From Prorocentrum cordatum (taxonomy: Eukaryota): a stretch of 64,000 bases of DNA. Positions 13,226 through 22,430 of this stretch are shown piece by piece. The translations under genes and the position numbers were made by a program. Where the stretch lies: assembly GCA_963575745.1 (NCBI GenBank), contig CAUYUJ010000137.1, positions 310,001-374,000 of the forward strand, read 5' to 3'. The notes under the pieces were generated by a model that was not told the DNA's origin, did no database searches, and worked only from the letters and a program-made list of their open reading frames with translations. Every line of letters begins with the position of its first letter. Positions within the stretch are counted from its first letter, which is position 1.

Positions 13226-13245
13226 CTTGAGCCATGATGGCTACG
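13226..13245 (-). other. Relict dinoflagellate spliced leader (DinoSL)
   Basis: Minus strand CGTAGCCATCATGGCTCAAG versus DinoSL CGTAGCCATTTTGGCTCAAG (18/20), followed by a GC-rich, mRNA-like tract down to about 12850. Confidence 0.7.
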
Positions 13246-14909
13246 TGCGCACCAGGAGGGGGGGGGGGGCAGAGGGGGGGAGAGGGAAGAGAGGGGGGAG
13301 GAGGAGGGGGAGGAGAGGGAAAAGGGTAGATGGAGAGGAGGAGCGGGAGGAGGCAGGGAGAGGAGGGAGAGAAACACCCTCCCCCCTGGCGCGGACTACA
13401 GGGCTCTGGCCGTGAACAAAAAAACAGAGAACGGGTTCGTTGCGATCAGGGCTAAACAAACAGGGCGCCGAACCTGCGCTTACCCACTGCCACGCCGCGA
13501 CGCAAAGTAGCTTCAAGAGCCTCTGTATTTGCGCGGCGCGGATGTTGGAAGAAAAGATGGCAATCAAGACGTCGGTGAAATCGTCATCGAAGTGTCTGCG
13601 TGCATGGTCAAATGTCGCCGTCTTCTAGTGTTCCTTGGCCGACAGCTGTGCGGAGCCTTTTACCTCTTTGCCGGCGTGCGCCGTCAATGGGAGCTGCTCC
13701 CGAAAACTGGGGGGGCCCATGTTTCCTGCAGCGCTGGCGAGACGACAAGACCATCGGTTTCGCAGACAGCTCCACGGACCACGATCACGCTGCCTGCGGG
13801 AACGAGGGTGAATTGGGCGAAGTTTTGTTGCAGGCACTTGACCTCTGTGCGGCGTATGTGTCCTGGCGTGGGCCTGGTAGCTCTAGCCGCCCGACGGAGT
13901 ACAAGGATTCGGATTGATTTACTGGTGTAAGCGGTGATGGTCGGTCCCATGACGGCTGGTGCGAGGGGGCAGTCTTGTCGGCGGATTCGCTGGAGGATCC
14001 GATTGCCCTCTTCTGGCCTGCGAGGAGATGTGCTGCATGGTGTGCGATGTGCCGTCCTCCGCCCTGCTGGGAGCAGAGCGACGGGGACACCCCAGGCACG
14101 CGCATCCAAGCTAACGAGGTTGGGCGGTGCCGTTGCCCCGGTGGGCGTCGGCAGAGGCCGTGGGCCCTGGTGGCCGTCGGCAGAGGTGTCGGCAGTGGCT
14201 GGAGCCCGTGTTGTGCGTCAGGGTCTGGCGCAGCATGGTGTGGCTGGTCTTGTTGCTTTGTTTGGCAAGCGCACCATCAGCTCGCCCCTAACCTTGTGCT
14301 GGTTGGAGCGATGCTGCTGGTAACGAAATGTCGACTCCAGCTTGGCGGTCATGAGCGAGTTCCGTTGTTTGCAGCAACTGTGCGGTCGACGCCGACGCTG
14401 CTCGAGAATGCGCCGACACAGGCTTCGTTTCGGGACAGGCTGTTGTCTGATAAGGGTACCTTGTGGCGGCCCTTGCCTGGTGGCTGAGGTTGCTGAGGAT
14501 TGGAACGCTCACGGCGAGGGCCTTTTCGGGGACATGGCACGAGCTCGGATACTGGAATGGGAGGTGACACGAATCAGTCACACGCTAGGTTGGCGTGTGT
14601 CCAGTCTCGCGATGCGATCAACAGTAATGCTAGGCGTTTCGTGCCTGTGGCTACACCTGTACCCGAAGGTACCCGAGCCAAGATCGGAGGGGAGGAAAGA
14701 GAAAAGGAGGGAGGAGGGGAGGCGAGGGGGAGGGAGAGAAGGAGGGGGGGAGGGCAAGCTAGGTGCACTCGCGTCATATCTGACGTCCACCCCCTCCCTC
14801 CCATCTCTTACCCCTTACCATGGCGTGGGGTTCCTCCCTGTTCGCACAGTCGGATGTCGTAGCAGGGCATAGCATTACATGGCATAGCATGGTGTTGCAG
14901 ATCAACGCG

Positions 14910-15470
14910 TAGCCTGACATTGAATGGCGTGGCGACGCCCCTAAGTGGGGGGGGGTTCTGCGGCCCAAAGAATCAACGAACAGACACCGAATGTTGTAAT
15001 CACTTCCGATGGTTGTTTCGGGGGGGGGCATTTTCTAGATTTTGGGGCCTATTTGGAAGGACCGAAAACCATGCCGGGGCATGGCGCTGGAAATAATTAC
15101 GCCAACGCCGCAGCGGGAACACGATTCGGAACGAGCGGAAGCGCGGCAGAAATGGGGCAAGCGCTGCAACGGGAGCACGGTTCGGAGGAAGCGTAACCTG
15201 ACGTAGCATGGCGTGGCAACGCCCAAAAGTGGGGGCGGCTTCTGCGACCCCAGAAATCGACGACTCGGCACCGAATGTGTAATCACTTTCGATCGTTGTC
15301 TCGGAGGGCAATTTTCTAGATTTTGAAGCCTATTTGGAAGGACCGAAAACCATGTCGTGGCATGGCGCTGGGAATCATGATGCCGACGCTGCAGCGGGAG
15401 CTCGATTCAGGACGAACAGAAGCGCGGAAATGAGGCCAGCGCTGCAGCAGGAGCACGATTCGGAGCGAAC
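14910..15470. repeat. ~285-bp tandem duplication
   Basis: Units at about 14910-15193 and 15194-15470 share TTTTCTAGATTTTG..GCCTATTTGGAAGGACCGAAAACCATG. Confidence 0.85.
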
Positions 15471-15841
15471 GGTGGCCAGAAAATAAGGCCAGCGCTTCAG
15501 CGAAACAAGAACAACACAATACAAAAAACGAAAGTCCGTTTCCCTGGAATCCTGTGTAACAAATCAGTACGCGGAGGGAAGCCGAATATTTCCCGGACGT
15601 CGCCGTGGGAGGGAGGAGAGTAGCATTCATATTGTGTACTTGTCGAGGCAAGGGAGGAAACGAGGAGGAGGAGGAAGATGAGGAAAGGACAGGATAGGAG
15701 GAGGAGGGGGAGCGAGGAGGATGAGAGGGGGGGAGGGGGAGGAGGGGGGAGGAGGGGGAGGACGAGAAAAAGGGGGCGGGGCAGAGGGAGGAGGCACTGC
15801 CTGCCCCCCAAATCGTGGCCGGGCCACACGCCCCGGGCCGC

Positions 15842-16034
15842 CTGTGAGGCCTGTGCCGACACACACGCTGGTGCCCGCGGGGGTCACCCACTCGTCGTAC
15901 GGGTGGACGACCTCCTCGCCGTGAGGGAAGCGGGCCTCCATTTCGTCCGCCGCCTCCTCCTCCCCCTCCGCCTCCGCTTCTGCTGCCGCCTCCTCATCCA
16001 CCTCCTCACTGTCCTCCCCCTTTTCCTCCTCCTC
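15842..16034 (-). CDS. Putative internal exon of an unknown host gene (acidic tract then RFPHGEEVVHPYDEWVTPAGTSVCVGTGLT)
   Basis: 193-nt open frame bounded by a CAG|G acceptor and an AG|GC donor, typical of dinoflagellate GC-AG introns. Confidence 0.5.
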
Positions 16035-16408
16035 CTGTTCAGCCCGGGGGCACCCGAGTGGGTCCCCACCCCCGTCACACAGGGGGGCCCCCGGGCGTTG
16101 GGGTTGGGGTCCCGGGTCTCGCCGCCACGCCGGGACTCCCCTCGGAGCCGGCCACGGGCGCCTGGCCCCCCTTCGGAGCCGGCCACAAGCTGCCCTGCTG
16201 GAGCCTCCCTGCTGGGGCGAAGAGGCGAGGAGGCAGGAGGGAGGAGGGGGGGGAGGAGCAGGCAGAGGCGAAGGGGGAAAAGGGGAGAAGACGGCGCAGG
16301 AGGCAGTAGCCCGGCGTGCCGCGCCCAGTGCGCGCCCAGTTCCAGCTAGCGGCCTGGCCTCGGCCAGCAGTCTGGCGCCGCCGCCTGGGCGAGCCGCTCC
16401 CCGCGGCG

Positions 16409-17565
16409 TCAAGCCAGCCCGGCTGCTCGGCGGCGCTGCAGCGCAGGCTGAGCCTGCACGGCGCAGCTGATGGCTTTGTAGGCCCGCGTCAGCTCGCCGG
16501 GCTGCTGGTCCTCCGGCAGCGTGCGCACCTGCCGCAGAAGCCACTGTCGGGCTTCTCCGCCTAGGCGCCCCGGGGCTTCCACCACGAATGGCCTCAGTCT
16601 GTCCCCCGGGTACCTGGCGTGTCTCTGGCGCTCGCCTCTCCGGGCGGCCTCGCCAGGCCTGCGCGCCGCCGCCTGCACCACGTCCTCGGCTGCTGGGTGG
16701 CGGACCGAAACGTCTGTCCAGTGGCGGCTGGCCCCGTCGCTGCACTCGACGTCCAGGATTGCGCGTTCGAGGAGGTCTGCGTCTGGCGGGTTCGACGGCC
16801 GCCGGTTGCGGACGCGGTCCCAGGCCGGCACCCGCTGCTCCGTCAGCGGCTCCTGGTACAGCCAGCGGCGGACCAGGCCGGCCACCGCGTTTTCGAGGCT
16901 GCCGTGGCGGCGCTCCACACCGCCGCCCAGGGCGCAGGTGGCCGCGTGCGTGCCTTGCTCGTCCAGCGGCTGCCCGCAGGGCGCGCCGCGGGCTCCCTCG
17001 GCGGCAGGGCGGTTCTGGCAGGTCTGCGCAGCCGTCTGGAGCTCTGCCTGAGCGCATTCACGCCTGGGCAAGTGCGCGCGGGCACGGAGCCCCGTGACCC
17101 AGAGCGCGTCCTCCAGCGAGCAAGCGGGATCGCTCGGGTAACCGAGGAACCCCGCGGCCCCTGGCCCTCCGGCCCCCAGGAGCGTCGCCCGCTCGTGGCT
17201 GTGCAGACGCTGCCTCAGGGAAGCGTGGGTTTTCTTTCGCACAGCTTGCACGAGAGTGCTCTGCTTCGCCGGGCGCTGCAGGGCGTCCAGCAAGGAAGCG
17301 CCCGGAGCGGGGCCCGCGCCCTGGAGGGAGACCTCCGTCCGCGCGTCGGAGAGGGCTTCGCCGAGTCGCGGCGCCGCCTCCAGGAGCTCGAGCAGGGAGT
17401 CGGTGCCGAGGTCCGCGGCCACGCTGGACACGCAGGCGGTCCAGCCGGCCCAGAAGGCCGCGGCTCGTCGTGTTGTCGCCCACTGCAGCCCCGCGCCAGA
17501 GAGCTTGATGGGGGAGGCCGAGGATCTCCCGCGCCGCGGCGTCCAGGGGCCGCCCTGCGAGCTCT
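16409..17565 (-). mobile_element. 5'-truncated CRE-like (RLE-type) non-LTR retrotransposon: post-RT thumb region, zinc-binding motif, restriction-like endonuclease
   Basis: EILGLP/IKLSGAGLQW...AAFWAGW (one frameshift near 17515); C..C.QPLDEQGTHAATCALGGGVERRH; RLE motifs AILDV...DVSVRHP...E.QRHARY...PFVVE.PGRLG; stop at 16409. Confidence 0.85.
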
Positions 17566-17619
17566 GGCATGAAGGGTTGGATTGCTCGCCCCGCGGCGAG
17601 AAAGCCGATTTGTGGGCGC

Positions 17620-18815
17620 TCATGGGGCTGAAGTTGGCCCAGCGGCATCGAGGGCGCGCGGCGGTGCTCTTCGCCAACCTCCCACCTGGAGGCCGAGGAC
17701 ATCGAGGCAGGGCGCGGCAGCAGCTGGCTGGTCCGAGGCAACGCCGCCGCCGCCGTCGCGGCCGCTGCGGCGGCGGCCAGGTACCGCGCGTCTGCGGCTG
17801 TGCGCCATCGCCTCGCGGAGGCGGATCTCAAGGCCTTCTGCATCCGCATGAGGGGGCGGCGGGCCACGCTGGACGCGCTGCAGGCAGAGGCGCAGCTGAC
17901 CGCCCACGCAGGCGCGCAGCGCCGAGCTCGGCGCCGCGGGGCGCGGGGGGCGCGGGGAGCGCCAGTGGGGCCATCAGATGGCAACGGTGAACCCTCCTCC
18001 CCTCCTCCTCCGCCGGCGCCCGTTGCGCCGCCGTCACGTTTAGCTGTTTCCCTGTCTTCCACGGACCATCTCCTGGGCGAGTCGCGGTGGTTGCCGAGTC
18101 CTTGGTCACCCTCGAGTCGTCCAAATGTCCCGAGCTGGTCGAGGCGCAGGACATGTTGCGCGCCGGAAGCTCGTGGAAGGCTTTGAAAGCTGAGCTACGC
18201 GCCCACCAGGCTGAGCTGCACGGGAAGCTCGTGGCGGGCCTGAGCCCGGGCAACAGGCCCAATGAAATCTCCTTCTTGCATCAGAAGTTGGAGAAGCGCA
18301 ATGGTGAGACAGGAGGCGAAGTCGCCGACCTCCGCGAGAAGGCGTGCAAGGCGAAGCTCGCCGTCAAGGAAGCCTGCGCGCAGCTGGACCGCCTCTGCGC
18401 CGAGCTCCTCCTGGAGCTTGAGGAGGAGCGCCGCCAGCTGGTCGCGCGCGTGCCGACGCCGAGCCAGCAGGAGGGGCCCTCCTTGGCGCAGAAGTTGCCA
18501 GCTGTGGCCGACGGGTTCACGGCGGGGCAGCTGGGCGAGCTGCTGGCCTCCTTCGGCGGGTCGACGGAGCCGGCCGAGCGGCTCCACGGATGCCTCGAGG
18601 AGGCGCGGGCTGCCGAGGCCGCGCACCGAGCCGAGCAGCAGCGTCGCGCGGCGGAAGCGGCAGAGGCGACGAGGCAGGCAGCTGTCCAAGCGGAGCGCCG
18701 AGGCGAGGGCGACGCCAAGGGGGGCGAGGGCGGCCGGGCCGCGGCTTGCGGCGAGGGCGGCCGGCCCGGCGCCAAGCTGGATTCCCCGGCCCGATGGCGA
18801 ACCCGAGGTGCTCAA
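17620..18815 (+). pseudogene. LINE ORF1 (coiled-coil) 5' part, frameshifted, interrupted at 18815
   Basis: E/A/L/K-rich helical translation (WKALKAELRAHQAELHGKL...LLELEEERRQL); its last frame continues at 30571 once the insertion is removed. Confidence 0.6.
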
Positions 18816-19284
18816 CCTGGAGGTCCCAACTGGAAACAAAACGTGGGGGATGGCCGACCCCCCACGTTTTGTGTCCAGTTGCCCGGAGAGACGCGTGAAC
18901 ACCATCGCAAAAACATCATTAGGGAACGCGTGTTTTCAAGTTTTCCAACATTAGCATTTTTTATATAAAAAAAGAAAAAAATCTGGGACGTTAAGATTTG
19001 TTTGCGCTGCGCTTGATGTTCGCGGCGGCGGGTTCAGCTGAGTCGCGCCGCCCATGTGTTTTTTCTTGCGTTTTCCATGCGTTGAGGCGCCCTGGGCATT
19101 GATGTCTTTCCGACCGCGCTTGGGGCCCAATATCCAGCGCGAGCGGGCTCGCTGGCGGCCCCGCGCAGAGGCCGCGTTGGATTGATTCCGCGACGGGCCC
19201 TCGGCAGACCCTCGGGCCCGCTGGGGCCTCTCAAATTTCGAGCTCAAGCGAGGCATCATTTCTTTCGGGCGTCGCAAGGCGCCA

Positions 19285-20112
19285 CGGGGCGGCGGGGGGG
19301 GGCGAAGCCCTGATGATTTCGGTTGCTCGCGGTTCTTGGCCTCCTCGCGGTGTCCGGGCGGCGGTGGCGGGGCGAAGCCCTGATGATATCGGTTGCTCGC
19401 GGCCCTTGGCCCCCTCGTGGCGTCGGGTCGGCGGGGGGGGGCGAAGCCCTGGTGATCCCGGTTGCTCGCGGCCCTTGGCCCCCTCGTGGCGTCGGGGCGG
19501 CGGGGGGGGCGAAGCCCTGATGATATCGGTTGCTCGCGGCCCTTGGCCCCCTCGCGGCGTCGGGGCGGCGGGGGGGGCGAAGCCCTGATGATATCGGTTG
19601 CTCGCGGCCCTTGGCCCCCTCGTGGCGTCGACGCGGCGGGGGGGGCGAAACCCTGATGATGTCGGCTGCTCGCGGCCCTTGGCCCTCTCGTGGCGTCGGG
19701 GCGGCGGGGGGGGGCGAAGCCCGATGATATCGATTTGCTCGCGGCCGTTGGCCCCCTCGTGGCGTCGGGGCAGCGGGGGGGGGCGAAGCCCTGATGATAT
19801 CGGTTGCTCGCGGCCGTTGGCCCCCTCGTGGCGTCGGGGCGGCGGGGGGGGCGAAGCCCCGATGATATCGGTTGCTCGCGGCCCTTGGCCCCCCCGTGGC
19901 GTCGGGGCGGCGGGGGGGGCGAAGCCCTGATGATATCGGTTGCTCGCGGCCGTTGGCCCCCTCGTGGCGTCGGGGCGGCGGGGGGGGCGAAGCCCTGGTG
20001 ATCTCGGTTGTTCGCGGCCCCTTGCCCCCTTCGTGTCGTCGGGGCGGCGGAAGGGGGCGAAGCCCTGATGGTGTCAGTTGCTCGCGGCCCTCGGCCCCCC
20101 AGTGGCGTCGGG
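19285..20112. repeat. 68-bp subterminal tandem array (about 12 units, runs into gap)
   Basis: Unit GCCCTGATGATATCGGTTGCTCGCGGCCCTTGGCCCCCTCGTGGCGTCGGGGCGGCGGGGGGGGCGAA. Confidence 0.95.
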
Positions 20113-20212
20113 NNNNNNNNNNNNNNNNNNNNNNNNNNNNNNNNNNNNNNNNNNNNNNNNNNNNNNNNNNNNNNNNNNNNNNNNNNNNNNNNNNNNNNNN
20201 NNNNNNNNNNNN
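20113..20212. other. Assembly gap (100 N)
   Basis: Run of N; true size unknown. Confidence 1.
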
Positions 20213-20509
20213 AGTCTCGCAGCTCGAACTTTGAAGATCGCCCGACTCGTCCACCTCGCCCGACTCATCGACCTTCCCCGACGCCGGCCCCGCCGCGAGC
20301 TTATCGTCGGACATTTCCTCGAAGCACCCTTCGCAGCCCACTTGAGTTTCTGTCATGAGCACATACGTTCCTCTGGCCAGGGGCTTGTTGCACTTCCAGC
20401 AGGCGGCGTCGGGCATGGCCAGCAAGTAGTTGTCGGCGTACACCATCACGCCGAGCTCGCCCCTGCTGTTGTCTGCAATGAACTCCACCGAGTCGGACTC
20501 GGGCACAGC
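20213..20509 (-). CDS. Putative exon with a CxxC-x18-CxxC zinc-finger-like motif
   Basis: CAG|G acceptor at 20510/20509; AVPESDSVEFIADNSRGELGVMVYADNYLLAMPDAACWKCNKPLARGTYVLMTETQVGCEGCFEEM; stays open up to the gap. Confidence 0.55.
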
Positions 20510-21278
20510 CTGCCGACGCTGCTGATCCGCCGTCGTCGTCTTGCCCGTATCTGTCCTCCTCCTCCTCCTCTTCCTCCTCCCTCCTCCTCCTCCTCCTCCT
20601 CCTCCCTCCTCCTTCCTCCCCCCCCTCCTCTCCTCCGCCTCCTCTTCCTCCTCCTCAATCCTCCTCCTCCTTTCTCTCCTACTCCCCCCTCCTCCTCCTT
20701 TCCTTCTCCTCCTCCTCCTCCCCCTCCTCCTCCTATTCCTCCTCCTCCTCCTTTCCTGCCTCCTCTCATCCCTTACTCTCCTCCCTCCTCCCTCCGCTCT
20801 TTTACTATGTCCTCCCATCGCCCTCGCCGCGCATTGCTATTCCCGATCCCCCCCCAGACCCGACAACCTGGCACTGGGGCATTGTAGGCCTTGGCCAGTT
20901 CATGAGAATATTGATCGCGTGAGGAGGGGTGCTCCAGATATCGCAATAGAAGGGAGGGGGTCTCATTTCGGGGGGGGTCTCTTCCAGGCTATCCTGGAGG
21001 GCCCGGGGAGATCTGGGGGCGATGATTTAGAAGGTTCCCCCACGGGGGGGTCTAAAACTTCTCGTCTGGGTGGGTTGAGACCCCCTCCCTTGCATTGCGA
21101 AATCTGGAGCATCCCCCGATCTCGGACTGCGCCGACAAGCGGCTTGCTGGAGGAGGAGGAGGAGGAGGAGGAGGAGGTAAGGAGGTAGGAGTAGGAGTAG
21201 GAGTAGGAGGAGGAGGAGGAGGAGGAGGAGGAGGAGGAGGAGGAAGAGGACAAGGATGATGAGGAGGAGGATCGCGCC

Positions 21279-21758
21279 TTCTCGGGCGTGGCGGGCGCCT
21301 CCAGCGCGGCCGCGGGCGTGGCGGGCGCCTCCAGCGCGGCCGCGGCCTCCGCCTCCGTGGCGGGCGCCTCCATGGCCTCCTCGGCCTCCTGGGCCTTCGT
21401 GGCGGGCGCCTCCAGCGCGGCCTGGGCCTCCTGGGCCTTCGTTGCGGGCGCCTCCAGCGCGGCCTCGGCCTCCTGGGCCTCCGTGGCGGGCGCCTCCTGC
21501 GCGGCCTCGGCCTCCTGGGCCGTGGCGGGCGCCTCCAGCGCGGCCTCGGGCGCGGCCTCCGTGGCGGGCGCCCATGGCCCCCTCGGCCTCGGGCGCGGCC
21601 TCGGGCGCGGCCTCCGTGGCGGGCGCCCCCAGCGCGGCCTCCGCGGCGGGCGCCTCGGGCGCGGCCTCCTTGGCCGTGGCGGGCGCCTCGGGCGCGGCCT
21701 CCGTGGCGGGCGCCCCCATGGCCTCCTCGGCCGCGACGGCGGCCTCCAGCGGCGGCGC
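21279..21758 (-). CDS. Putative exon encoding Ala/Glu/Pro repeats (AALEAPAT...), one frameshift near 21575
   Basis: Repeat units preserve frame apart from the one shift; GAG|G acceptor and AAG|GC donor. Confidence 0.45.
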
Positions 21759-22124
21759 CTCGATGGGGGAGGGGCGGAGGGGGCGCCGGGCAAGGGGCGC
21801 ATGTTTGCCTGACCTTCCCCGCGCGATCCGTGCTGCAGTCGGAGGGGGAGGGGGGGGGAGGGGAGGAGGGGGAGGTGGGGGAGGGAGGGTGGAGGAGGAG
21901 GAGAGGAGGGAGGGGCGGGGGCACCCCAAAGAGGAGGAGCAGGAGGAGGAGAAGGAGGAGAAGGAGGGAGAAGGAGGAAAAGGAGGATAAGGGGGACCGG
22001 GGCCTTGACGAGGTATTTGCCCCCTCCGAGGTGGGCGGCGCCCTCCGCGTGCAGGACCGATCGGAAGAGGATTGGGGGAGGGGGCTGAGGCGGAGGCGGA
22101 GGAGGAGGAGGATGGGGGAGAGGG

Positions 22125-22430
22125 TTGATGATGATGATGATGATGGTGATGCTGATGATGATGATGAGAACGATGATGGTGATGATGATGGTGATGATGA
22201 TGGTGATGTTGACGATGATGATGATGACGATGATTATGATGATGCTGATGATGATGACGACGATGACGATGATGGTGACGACGATGATGATGATGATGAC
22301 GATGATGACGACCATGTTGGTGATCATTATGATGATGATGATGCTGATGATGATGATGCTGATTATGATTATGATGACGATGACGATGACGATGAGGATG
22401 ATGATGAAGATGACGACGACGACGATGAGG
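22125..22430. repeat. (GAT)n degenerate microsatellite
   Basis: Direct inspection. Confidence 0.95.

Noticed and set aside
13480..14580. Complex, non-repetitive tract that may be a decayed TE coding region
   Set aside because: No recognisable motif in any frame.
19300..20112. Hammerhead ribozyme suggested by CTGATGA and CGAA in the 68-bp unit
   Set aside because: GAA is followed almost directly by CTGATGA, leaving no room for stems III and I, and GAAA is present in only one unit.
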